A program made the position numbers and the translations under genes. Of a stretch of DNA of 64,000 bases, positions 20,279 through 29,432 are shown in pieces (position 1 is the stretch's first letter; each line of letters begins with the position of its first letter). Origin of the DNA: a virus. A model generated the notes under the pieces. It saw only the letters and a program-made list of their open reading frames with translations. It had not been told where the DNA came from and did not search any database. The stretch covers positions 1 to 64,000 of IMG/VR virus record IMGVR_UViG_3300027791_000007. The stretch is one strand, 5' to 3'.

Positions 20279-20655
20279 TATGCGACCTCTTTCATTGCAG
20301 TTACAGTATAAGGTTTATTCCATTGTCCAATATTGATATCACAATAATGCGACCTATGAAAGTAGTCAACCATTGCATCATCGTTATTGAAATACTTAAC
20401 ACCTTTCATTTGCAAAAGCAACTCATTTAGAAAGTTCTTCTGAATACCTTCATAATGTGAGTCAATGTGATACACATTTACTTGACTATAATCGTCACCA
20501 TGTGAATGTTTGAACGTCATCGGCCCAGACTTTATATTTACAACAATAGTTGAGTGGTGTCTGACTGCAATAGATGCCTTCATATTATACTTGTTTAGAA
20601 CCTTTTTTATACCGACTGAAAGTTCTTTTTTGTCGTTTTGTGATACATACGCCAT
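20278..20655 (-). CDS. conserved phage early protein
   Basis: MAYVSQNDKKEL...DAMVDYFHRSHYCDINIGQWNKPY; first gene after an early promoter. Confidence 0.8.
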   Translation of the reverse strand: MAYVSQNDKKELSVGIKKVLNKYNMKASIAVRHHSTIVVNIKSGPMTFKHSHGDDYSQVNVYHIDSHYEGIQKNFLNELLLQMKGVKYFNNDDAMVDYFHRSHYCDINIGQWNKPYTVTAMKEVA

Positions 20656-20660
20656 TTGTT

Positions 20661-20757
20661 TTTCTCTCTCTTTGTTTCAACTCATCTTACTTATACAATG
20701 TATCAGGCTTTTAGGGCAATGTCAAGTGTTATTTTAAATCGTTGATAATACAGCGTT
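20661..20757 (-). promoter_or_regulatory. early promoter cassette (TTGACA at 20720-20725) with conserved upstream motif and repeated leader
   Basis: Leader TTGTTTCAACTCATCTTACTTA (20672-20693) recurs exactly at 30973-30994; upstream AATCGTTG-N7-AGCGTT. Confidence 0.7.
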
Positions 20758-20759
20758 TT

Positions 20760-21836
20760 TTAGTAGTTATATTTATCCAATATGGACACTTTACGCTTAC
20801 CGATTCGCTTTGATTCGGACAGTTGTTTCTGTATATGGTACATAACCTCTGGTTGCATCTGTTTTCGTGTCTTATCGTCCTTATATCGTGTACATTTGTT
20901 GTCTGCTACACAAGAACAGCGTATCTTTGTGCATGTCACAAAATTCCTGGGCAGCGTAATCTTCTTGTCCTCTATATTTGCATAAGAACCACCTATCTTA
21001 CATACTCCTCGTTGTATGTTGCCGTATTGATCTATCTGACACCCTTCTAACCCTATACCACACAACCAACCGTTGAAATCGTCCTCTTGTCGTGTAATCA
21101 TATTGTTTGCCCACTCTTCCTTCGGTTCGTCTACCTCATTATAGTAGGCAAGCATGTCTGGTTGGTCAAATCTCTCACCAATCTCATCATATGATTGAGC
21201 ATGTTCTCGTTCCTCTAACCACTGTATCTGCTCTGGTGTATAGAATGGGTCGTACTTACGATTGTCCGAATCCCATGTGCTCTTGGTTCGTATTCTCTTT
21301 ATGTGGTGGTTTATCTGTCCTTTTTCACAAAATTCTACAATGTTCTGTACTGTATCCCAATACTCGGGCTCTGCCATAAGATTGACACTAAACTTCTTTA
21401 ATGGTAATGCAGATAGGACATCCTTAAATTTGTCTAACTTTAGAAACCCAAAATGTGAACTAAACTGTATCTTCTCTACCCACTCCGACAACTCTTTATA
21501 ATACTTTGGTAGTCTAGAACCATTACTGTTCAACCCCAGATTTCTTGCTCTTTCTGGGTATTCTGTTTTCAACCACTTGACAAACGGCAGAAAGTTTGGA
21601 TTGATTGTTGGTTCACCACCAGTAAACCATATCTTGATATCCAGATTACTTGGTATCTCTGGTTCAATCTTTCTAAAGATTTCTTGGAAACTTTCTAGAC
21701 TACGATGTTTTGATGTATAGTCATGTAGATTGTCTGGGCAATAAGCACAATCGTAATTACATCTCTTACCCACATTCCAGTGAATTGTAAAGAAGTGTTG
21801 TGGTCTATTGCTTTGGGTGGTTATTCTAAAATTCAT
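20760..21836 (-). CDS. radical SAM protein with Cys-rich C-terminal domain
   Basis: CNYDCAYC, FTGGEPT, SNGSR; C-terminal CGIG...C...CTKIRCSCVAD. Confidence 0.9.
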   Translation of the reverse strand: MNFRITTQSNRPQHFFTIHWNVGKRCNYDCAYCPDNLHDYTSKHRSLESFQEIFRKIEPEIPSNLDIKIWFTGGEPTINPNFLPFVKWLKTEYPERARNLGLNSNGSRLPKYYKELSEWVEKIQFSSHFGFLKLDKFKDVLSALPLKKFSVNLMAEPEYWDTVQNIVEFCEKGQINHHIKRIRTKSTWDSDNRKYDPFYTPEQIQWLEEREHAQSYDEIGERFDQPDMLAYYNEVDEPKEEWANNMITRQEDDFNGWLCGIGLEGCQIDQYGNIQRGVCKIGGSYANIEDKKITLPRNFVTCTKIRCSCVADNKCTRYKDDKTRKQMQPEVMYHIQKQLSESKRIGKRKVSILDKYNY

Positions 21837-22545
21837 ATGTCCATCGCCACACAACTCTTTGTGGATTATCCTCTTCGTGTATACCTCTTACTTTTGCTCT
21901 GTATTGTAGAGCCTTTCTCTGTATATTATAATGTTTGCGAGTCATCTTCCTCATATCCGTAGTGCCGACACCATCAATTGTAGTTTTTAGTGCAAACTCT
22001 TTCCCCAACCTAGTGATACGTTCTTCTGTCCATGTTATGTCACCATGTGCTACAATTGTGCCTGATGGTTTTAGTAGATGTACCCCTTGTGCAATTATTG
22101 ATCTGTGTGTATCCTCATCTGTTGGCCCCCAAGGCCCAAGGATTAATACCCAATCAGCAATATTGGGTTTAAATATGTCCACTGCATCTTGTATTGGTCT
22201 AACTAGGTCTGATGTGGGGAATTTTACCAAGTCCATACCAATAAGATTCGGTATGATACCCTTGAATGGATTAGCACCACAACCAAGGTCAATGACTAAC
22301 TCTGGATTAGTTGATGCTATCTCTTCTGCAAGTCCTCTTCCACTTAGTGACCTATACAATGGTAGGTTTTGTCTAATACTTTTCTCTATATCACCACTAA
22401 ATCTTTCCTCCAGAATTTCGTGGGCGTCTGGTTGTCCATATTTGATAAGTCTATTCTTTGCTCTACTATACCATTGTTCTCTGTCCTCTTTTCTCATCAT
22501 CCAGAGCATCCAATCGTAGTATCGTTTTGGTTCTCTATCTTCCAT
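21826..22545 (-). CDS. class I SAM-dependent methyltransferase
   Basis: VIDLGCGANPFK motif I; paralog of 50393-51076. Confidence 0.8.
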   Translation of the reverse strand: MEDREPKRYYDWMLWMMRKEDREQWYSRAKNRLIKYGQPDAHEILEERFSGDIEKSIRQNLPLYRSLSGRGLAEEIASTNPELVIDLGCGANPFKGIIPNLIGMDLVKFPTSDLVRPIQDAVDIFKPNIADWVLILGPWGPTDEDTHRSIIAQGVHLLKPSGTIVAHGDITWTEERITRLGKEFALKTTIDGVGTTDMRKMTRKHYNIQRKALQYRAKVRGIHEEDNPQRVVWRWTYEF

Positions 22546-23797
22546 GAAATAAATCCTTTAATCGTAACATATTATTATCTATGCTATCCCAATTAGGGCG
22601 TTTTGGTCTAAGTCTGTCTTTAAGTTCTGTATCATCTTTGAGTTGAGCCCATTGCACTTCTTTTGGCATACCAGTTTCCCCATTCGTTATGTGTTTAATA
22701 GCATCCTTTGATATTTTATCACCACCCTCTAGATAGTCTACTGCCCGTTGTATTGTATCATCTGGTAGAAATCTTACGTTTTGACATTTGGGTCTATACA
22801 CAAAGTTTGAGTGTAAATTTATTAAATCTTTTCTACCCTCTTCACGGGCCCACTTTTCAAACTCTCTTATATTAAACAAATTAAACACACTTACAGTAAA
22901 TTGATATGATATGGATATGTCTGAAGCAAACAACAACAATTGTTTAGTGTTTCTTGTCCATTGTTCCCAAGTGTGTGGATATCTTATATAATTATAATTG
23001 GCATCAGTTCCATCCACCGATAAATTAATCTTGGCACTTTTAAACTGACACATTTTTTCGTAGATGTCTGTGCCTTTGTATGTGCCGTTTGTAGTTAGTG
23101 AAAGTTCTATATGAGCTGAATGTCCAGTTTCTAACATGTAGTCCATCACCTCATGTACTTGTGGAATCAATGTTGGTTCACCACCAGTAAACTTTAATGT
23201 TCTTATGTGTTCTGCATTTGACTTTAACTTATCATAAAAAGCAGGGTTTTGCCACCATTGTAATTCATCTGTAAACCCTGCTTTTTTATAGTCTGCCCAT
23301 ATTTTCTCTTTTTTCTCTTTACGGTTTCCTGCTTTATGCCACCATCCCTCTTTATAATTGTTCCACTTTTCTTTTGCAATAAGAGAACTAGATGCAGCTT
23401 CACACATATTGCACATTAGATTACACTTACTACCAAGTTTTAAGTCTACATACGACCATTCATGTTCAGTTACAAGGTCATTCTCTAATCTTTCATTAGA
23501 ACCTAGTCTCATACTTTGTATACCAGCTGCTTCTTGATCCCAACATTTATCACACCTTGGGTCTTTTATACCATTGTCTAAGTTGTCTCTTAGTGATTTC
23601 CACCAATCTGTTTCCCCATGATTTTCATTCCACATTGGTGGATCGCCAAACGTCACATTCCGAATGGGTGAAGTTCCTGCCTCCTTCTGACTTCTCATGA
23701 ATATAGTACAACAAGGTTTATTCAGTCCATCTGTAGACATACATATCCCACCATGTGCATAAACACACAGCGTGTTTTTTTTGTTAGCATCAATCAC
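22535..23797 (-). CDS. radical SAM protein with N-terminal twitch domain
   Basis: N-terminal C...PCC...CxxC, then CNLMCNMC, FTGGEPT, TTNGT, SVDG. Likely GTG start overlapping the thyX stop. Confidence 0.9.
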   Translation of the reverse strand: MIDANKKNTLCVYAHGGICMSTDGLNKPCCTIFMRSQKEAGTSPIRNVTFGDPPMWNENHGETDWWKSLRDNLDNGIKDPRCDKCWDQEAAGIQSMRLGSNERLENDLVTEHEWSYVDLKLGSKCNLMCNMCEAASSSLIAKEKWNNYKEGWWHKAGNRKEKKEKIWADYKKAGFTDELQWWQNPAFYDKLKSNAEHIRTLKFTGGEPTLIPQVHEVMDYMLETGHSAHIELSLTTNGTYKGTDIYEKMCQFKSAKINLSVDGTDANYNYIRYPHTWEQWTRNTKQLLLFASDISISYQFTVSVFNLFNIREFEKWAREEGRKDLINLHSNFVYRPKCQNVRFLPDDTIQRAVDYLEGGDKISKDAIKHITNGETGMPKEVQWAQLKDDTELKDRLRPKRPNWDSIDNNMLRLKDLFHGR

Positions 23798-24401
23798 GAA
23801 GCGCCGTCCAACTAATAGGAAAAAGTTCTTTTGCAGCATCGTCAATCATCTGTGCAATTTGTTGTGTTTCCCTCTGTGTATCTGGTTTACATCTTAGATT
23901 ACATACACGGGCAAATGCCATAAGTGTACCACTCCAATACCACTCCGTGTATAAATTCTGTGGTAATATCATTCTTGCCATCTCTGGTGCAACATTTGCT
24001 TTCAATAGATTGTTGTATGTTTGTGCCACAAATTGGACAGCACCATCAATATTGTATTCTATAGTTTCATCTGATGAACCTTGTTTTTTGTCATCTGCTT
24101 TAAGTCTCCATTCATTAGGAATGTAAAACTCTGGTTCATCATCTACATAACGTCTACTGACTTCGTTCCACACCAAACCGACTTGGTGTTTCACAAGTTG
24201 TCTTGCAACAAAGATTGGTGCCTTAATTCTGAATTGCATTGATGCATGTCCAAAAGGACTCCAGTGATTGTGTTTTGCAAGAAAATTGATGAGTTTCTCA
24301 TCTCCTTTAGAAAACTCTGTACTCTCTTTTGCGAAAGATACACGAGCTGCATTTACTACTGATAGGTCTGTTCCCATCATATCTATTATTTCTACGTTCA
24401 T
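23790..24401 (-). CDS. thyX: FAD-dependent thymidylate synthase
   Basis: VVNAARVS, HWSPF, APIFVARQLVKH, NEVSRRYV, EMARMILPQ. Confidence 0.95.
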   Translation of the reverse strand: MNVEIIDMMGTDLSVVNAARVSFAKESTEFSKGDEKLINFLAKHNHWSPFGHASMQFRIKAPIFVARQLVKHQVGLVWNEVSRRYVDDEPEFYIPNEWRLKADDKKQGSSDETIEYNIDGAVQFVAQTYNNLLKANVAPEMARMILPQNLYTEWYWSGTLMAFARVCNLRCKPDTQRETQQIAQMIDDAAKELFPISWTALRD

Positions 24402-24489
24402 AAACTTAATCCTCTAAAAACTAACCATAAATTATATGTGCATAGTATAAGTGTTAGTGCTATTGCTATTGGTGCCGCCCATTTATATA

Positions 24490-24612
24490 TCATAACCACC
24501 CCATCGCTAGTTTAGTATCATACGGCACCATCTCCATATTGAATGGTGGATCAAAAGTACAGTTTACTATACAATCTTTTGCACCAGTTTCATTTTTTTC
24601 TTCTGGCGTCAT
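24490..24612 (-). pseudogene. internally deleted DUF59/SufT (Fe-S assembly) remnant, 40 aa
   Basis: MTPEEKNETGAKDCIVNCTFDPPFNMEMVPYDTKLAMGWL; keeps the DUF59 C-terminal TFDPP...LG motif but lacks the DPE/LGL/CP core. Confidence 0.55.
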
Positions 24613-25550
24613 TCATCCCTCACTTGTAGTGTTTCTGTGTTACCATCGTCAATTATATTAATGTACTTGTTCAAGTCAACTTCTTTCAGTACTTTCAACT
24701 TAGTAACAGTGAACTTAGAATTACTGTCTGATACAACATCACCAGCATTAAACTCTACCATAAATAGATGCCAATTAGGTTTTGCCCCAAGTGCCATCCA
24801 CTCTTTCAACACCCATGTCAATGGTGCAAGTGCTATGCCTGGATTCTTTGTTGCATCAATAGGTGAAGCACCACCTCTTGTAGCATCATATATCTTACCC
24901 ACTTCATATACCATATGTGGGCGATAGATACCACGCTTTCCTTCACCCAATAGTTTCCAACTAATACACTTATAGTCTGGTGGCATCTGATCGTATGCCT
25001 CCTTCTGACTTCTCATGAATCTTGGTATGCCAGTCGTCTTGTGTAATAGTGCTGAACGCCAATCACAATTAGTAAATCTAGCGCCTGTCCATACAGTTCC
25101 ACGCCCATTTATGTCACGAAAGTCTGATTTTCTACAATCTGAACCACTAAAATCTACATACTGTAGTCTGGCACCATAGAAGTTTACACTTCGCATCATA
25201 CAATCTTTGATTACACCACCACTCATGTTTACATGACTCATATTTGCATGTCTCATATTACAGTTGATAAATTGTGTTCCCTTTAGTTTAGCGCCTGTAA
25301 AGTCTGCATCTCTTAGATGTCCAAACTCAAATATACAGCCTGATAGGTCTGCATCCCTAAAACTACAGTTGTCAAAATACACATCCTTGATTACCTTATC
25401 ATGCATAACAAGATTGTCAAAATCTAAGTTCAAGAAGTCTGGATTGTCTCTGCCTGTCAAGATATCTGCATCAACGCCCTTACCACCCTCTAGAAGTTCT
25501 ACTAGTGTCTCATCATATATCTTTACACCCTCAAGATTGTATATCATCAA
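24609..25550 (-). CDS. pentapeptide-repeat protein with C-terminal globular domain (paralog 1)
   Basis: A(D/N)(L/F)xx repeats (ADLSG, ADFTG, ANMSH); C-terminal WKL...GIY.P..YEVG...GIALAPL.WVL.EW. Confidence 0.88.
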   Translation of the reverse strand: MMIYNLEGVKIYDETLVELLEGGKGVDADILTGRDNPDFLNLDFDNLVMHDKVIKDVYFDNCSFRDADLSGCIFEFGHLRDADFTGAKLKGTQFINCNMRHANMSHVNMSGGVIKDCMMRSVNFYGARLQYVDFSGSDCRKSDFRDINGRGTVWTGARFTNCDWRSALLHKTTGIPRFMRSQKEAYDQMPPDYKCISWKLLGEGKRGIYRPHMVYEVGKIYDATRGGASPIDATKNPGIALAPLTWVLKEWMALGAKPNWHLFMVEFNAGDVVSDSNSKFTVTKLKVLKEVDLNKYINIIDDGNTETLQVRDE

Positions 25551-26793
25551 ATATTCTCCTCAAACCAAACGTATCTATTGAATCATAGTTAGGTCGTTTT
25601 ACTCTTAATTTATCTTTTATTAATGTGTCTTGTTTTAACTTTTGCATTACTTCATTCTTCTCTTCTATAGATATATATGGTCTAGATTCGATGAAGTTAA
25701 TTGCAGTTGTAGTCATCTTAGGATACTTCTTTTGTCCTTCTTTTAAATATACTAATGCCTTTTCTAATACATCATCTGGTAGATATCTTACGTTGTGGTG
25801 TCTAGGCCAAAACACTGGGTGTAATGAATATCCCCCTCTATAACTTTTGCAACCACCAACTTCGTGAAACCATTTTGACATCTCTACGATGTTAAACAGA
25901 TTAAATGCACTCATTGTAAATTGGTAGTTTAATTTTATTTCACCTTTATACAGTTGTAGTAGTTTTATATTTTGTTGCCACTTTTCCCACGAATGTGGAT
26001 ACCTTATATAATTATAGTTAGCACCAGTGCCATCTACACTCATTCGTATTTGTGATGAACGAAAGTTTAACATATCTTCCCATAGTTTTAGACTTTTGTT
26101 TGTTCCATTTGTAGTAATTCGTATGTGAATGTGTTTAGCATGTCCAGACTTAACCATCCAATCCATGACCTCATGGACTTGTGGTATTACAGTAGGTTCT
26201 CCACCAGTAAATTTTAGTGTTCTTATGTGTTCTGCATTTGACTTTAACTTATCATAAAAAGCAGGGTCTTCATACCACTGTTTCTTCTCTGTAAAACCAC
26301 CCAACTCATAATACTTCCGTGTCTGTTTTTTAAACTCCTCATGGTGTGCTGGAAACATTCCTTCCTCTAATTCTCCAGGCCATTGTTCGTCCATATTATC
26401 GTACATTTCTTTTGCAATTAGTGAACTAGATGGAGATTTACACATTGAACACATCAAGTTACATTTACTACCAAGTTTTAAGTCTACATACGACCAAGGG
26501 TGTATGTTTACTTTATCCTCTTCTTGAAATTCATTACCACAAAGTCTCATACTTTGTATACCAGATGCTTCTAAATCCCAGCACTTTACACACCTTGAGT
26601 CTTTTATACCATTGTCTAAGTTGTCTCTTAGTGATGTCCACCATTGAGATTCATTGTGATCTTCACTCCAATGTGGTTTTTCACCTTCACCTTTTTTTAT
26701 TTGACAACACGGTTTCGTGTATCCATTTGTGGATATACTCATACCACCATGTGCAAAAATACATTTTGTGTTATCTTTGGTGGTGGTTATCAT
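25531..26793 (-). CDS. radical SAM protein with N-terminal twitch domain
   Basis: CNLMCSMC, FTGGEPT, TTNGT; close paralog of 22535-23797. Confidence 0.9.
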   Translation of the reverse strand: MITTTKDNTKCIFAHGGMSISTNGYTKPCCQIKKGEGEKPHWSEDHNESQWWTSLRDNLDNGIKDSRCVKCWDLEASGIQSMRLCGNEFQEEDKVNIHPWSYVDLKLGSKCNLMCSMCKSPSSSLIAKEMYDNMDEQWPGELEEGMFPAHHEEFKKQTRKYYELGGFTEKKQWYEDPAFYDKLKSNAEHIRTLKFTGGEPTVIPQVHEVMDWMVKSGHAKHIHIRITTNGTNKSLKLWEDMLNFRSSQIRMSVDGTGANYNYIRYPHSWEKWQQNIKLLQLYKGEIKLNYQFTMSAFNLFNIVEMSKWFHEVGGCKSYRGGYSLHPVFWPRHHNVRYLPDDVLEKALVYLKEGQKKYPKMTTTAINFIESRPYISIEEKNEVMQKLKQDTLIKDKLRVKRPNYDSIDTFGLRRIFDDIQS

Positions 26794-27812
26794 TGCCCGA
26801 TATCTTTTCCTTGATGAAATGCGGCTGTTCCACCAGTGTGATAATCAATATCCTCATTCAACAAATCATAGAACTCTTTCATGTCAATTTTTTTGAGACA
26901 TTTCATCTTTCTGACATTGAACTTTGAATTACCCTCTGCACGACATATAATACGATTGTGTACATGAGTTTGTATGACATCTTTGTATTTGTAGGACACC
27001 AGAAACAGCTGGTAATCTGGATATGCACCAAGTAAATTCCATTCTCTCAATACCCAATTGAGTGGTGCTAGTGCAATGCCTGAATTGTATTTTGGATCGA
27101 TTGGGATTCTCACATCTGAATCATCTTGTATCTCTGCATCAAACTCTTTACCCTCTGCATATGTAATCTTGGGATGATAAATGCCCTTACCATTAGCGGC
27201 TGCGAGTTTGTAAGCATAACCCACTGACTCTGGATCAAGAACTTCATTACTACCTACCTCATTCCAAAAGAAATGTGGTAAGTCTCCACCAGCATGTGTG
27301 AATTGTGTGTCTCTTGTGTTCATACCTCTTAATTTATTAGACTTCCATGTGGTATTTGAAAACTTTGCACCCCTAAGATTTGCTTTTCGTAAATCACTTC
27401 CTTCAAAGTGTGCATACTTAAACCATGAACCTTGCATGTTCATATTCACCATATTACACGCCACAAACTTAGAACCATTACCAAAACATTGTGTCATGTT
27501 TGCTTCTCTTGCAACACAATTGATAAATGATACACCTTCCAATACTGACCTATGAAAGTTCACACTCCGTAAACCACATTTGAAGAATGTTGCGCCTGTA
27601 AAATCACTATATGCAAAGTCTGTGTCATCAAACACCAATCCATCAAAAAACATCCCACGATAATCTCTTTTGGTTAGGTTTAGATTGTTAAATTTTCTTA
27701 GTCCATCCCCTGCTTGTCTATTGTGTTGTGACATCGGTAATTTATCTTTATCTTTTAGAAGTTCTGGCAAATCTTCTTCATACCTTAATAAACCTTGTTT
27801 ACTGTATATCAA
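26790..27812 (-). CDS. pentapeptide-repeat protein (paralog 2)
   Basis: SDFTG/ANMTQ/SDLRK/ANLRG repeats; same C-terminal domain. Confidence 0.88.
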   Translation of the reverse strand: MIYSKQGLLRYEEDLPELLKDKDKLPMSQHNRQAGDGLRKFNNLNLTKRDYRGMFFDGLVFDDTDFAYSDFTGATFFKCGLRSVNFHRSVLEGVSFINCVAREANMTQCFGNGSKFVACNMVNMNMQGSWFKYAHFEGSDLRKANLRGAKFSNTTWKSNKLRGMNTRDTQFTHAGGDLPHFFWNEVGSNEVLDPESVGYAYKLAAANGKGIYHPKITYAEGKEFDAEIQDDSDVRIPIDPKYNSGIALAPLNWVLREWNLLGAYPDYQLFLVSYKYKDVIQTHVHNRIICRAEGNSKFNVRKMKCLKKIDMKEFYDLLNEDIDYHTGGTAAFHQGKDIGQ

Positions 27813-28660
27813 TCTTTCATCTCCTCATAAAATTTTGCAATAGGATATTCTTTTTCAACTTTCATCTTTTTAACATTAAACTTTGCAATACCTTCTGCAT
27901 TTATTACATCGCCTGCTTTAAAAGAAACAAGAAATAGTTTCCAAAAAGGATTAGCACCCAACATATTCCATTCTTTTAATACCCAATCAATAGGTGCAAC
28001 AGCGATACCAGTGTTCATACTTCCACCACGACCATCTGCTTCTGTTTTAAGTTCTTTGAATCCAGTTTCTTGTTGTTCTGCATCTGCTTCCAAACCCACA
28101 TAATATTTTATCTTTGGATGATATATACCATAACCATCTTGTTGTGTAAGTTTCCATGCATAACAAATAGTATCGGGCTCCATTATCTTATATTGATAAG
28201 TGTAATTGATCATCCAATCATGTATTTTCGCATGTTCTAGATGTGTTCCTCGCATCGCTACACCCTTCAACCAACAATTTGTAAAATCTGCATGTGGAAA
28301 TCTAGCGTTACGAAAGTTAGACATTCTTAAATCTGTGTCGGTAAAATCAACTCTGTGACCCTCAACGCCTGTAAAGTCACATCTAACCATCATATTGTCT
28401 GTAAGTACGGCATCTCTAAGAATTGCATTTACAAGCCTACTCTCTCGTAAATTACAATCATGCATTGTAACACCAACCATGTTTGCGCCTGTAAAGTCGC
28501 AACCCCTCATGTATATATTCTTAAATGTGCTACCAGATAGGTTAGCACCCACAAAAGAACATTTATCAAAGTCCTGCCCTTGCTGATTGGGTTTTGACAC
28601 AAATACTTGATTAGATAAATCTTTACCATCAAAGTTTCTATTTTTAGGGAATAAATTCAT
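27809..28660 (-). CDS. pentapeptide-repeat protein (paralog 3)
   Basis: ANLSG/CDFTG/AILRD/ADFTN repeats; same C-terminal domain; probable start MNLFPK overlapping the upstream stop. Confidence 0.88.
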   Translation of the reverse strand: MNLFPKNRNFDGKDLSNQVFVSKPNQQGQDFDKCSFVGANLSGSTFKNIYMRGCDFTGANMVGVTMHDCNLRESRLVNAILRDAVLTDNMMVRCDFTGVEGHRVDFTDTDLRMSNFRNARFPHADFTNCWLKGVAMRGTHLEHAKIHDWMINYTYQYKIMEPDTICYAWKLTQQDGYGIYHPKIKYYVGLEADAEQQETGFKELKTEADGRGGSMNTGIAVAPIDWVLKEWNMLGANPFWKLFLVSFKAGDVINAEGIAKFNVKKMKVEKEYPIAKFYEEMKD

Positions 28661-29223
28661 TAGTCCATCTTTCCTTCCTCTGGGAATAACCACCAGCCTG
28701 TTGATATGTATTTAGAATGTTTATACACTGGATTGCCACGATGTTGCCATGGAAAGGCTGCTGGAAAGATTGCCATCATTCCCCTTTTGGGCTGTATCTT
28801 GATATCCTCTAATAAAAATTGTGTCTCACCCTCACCCTCATCAATATCGTTTAGATATATTGTCCAAGTTAATACTCTGCGAATGTTTTTATAGTGAGAT
28901 ATTTCCGAATGGAAATTATGAAAACCACCACCTTGTGTGGCAGTTTTTTGTATTTTTGTTTCTTCTGATATTAGTTTCTTTGCTCCCTTATACACATAAG
29001 GAAACTCATCTAGGTACATGTCTAGAGTACTCCTCTTGACTTGTTCTATCTTATTGTACAGATGAGTACCCACTGGCACCCACTTCTGCAAATCTTTTCT
29101 AGTATCTCTATTAGCAGTTACAGTTTTAGATTCCGTATCTTCACGAAACCAATGTAGCATTTCCTTGACTAGTTCATGGTCTGCTGCATTTGTGTAACAT
29201 CGACAAAAATCACTTAGGTTCAT
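28660..29223 (-). CDS. 2OG-Fe(II) oxygenase (prolyl-4-hydroxylase-like)
   Basis: GGFHNFHSE...YLND...GETQF...IFPA.FPWQHRGNP...KYISTGW. Confidence 0.9.
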   Translation of the reverse strand: MNLSDFCRCYTNAADHELVKEMLHWFREDTESKTVTANRDTRKDLQKWVPVGTHLYNKIEQVKRSTLDMYLDEFPYVYKGAKKLISEETKIQKTATQGGGFHNFHSEISHYKNIRRVLTWTIYLNDIDEGEGETQFLLEDIKIQPKRGMMAIFPAAFPWQHRGNPVYKHSKYISTGWWLFPEEGKMD

Positions 29224-29432
29224 TTTGCTTTTAGAGTATCTATAATTGCCTTTGACAACTCATCAAAACTTCTCATGTCATTAATCTCGTTGTTTAATTC
29301 ACTTATCTCATTGTAGATAGCGTCTTGTGTCGCTTTCATATCTACTACTGCTTTCTCTATGGTGATGAAAGCACCACCCACAGTAGCGATAATAATCATC
29401 AATAAAGATATTACTATTGTTTTATATATCAT
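29220..29432 (-). CDS. small membrane-anchored coiled-coil protein
   Basis: N-terminal TM helix followed by heptads. Confidence 0.6.
   Translation of the reverse strand: MIYKTIVISLLMIIIATVGGAFITIEKAVVDMKATQDAIYNEISELNNEINDMRSFDELSKAIIDTLKAK

Noticed and set aside
25291-28500. Recurrent GCCTGTAAA(G/A)TC oligomer
   Set aside because: It simply encodes the DFTG pentapeptide unit of the repeat proteins.
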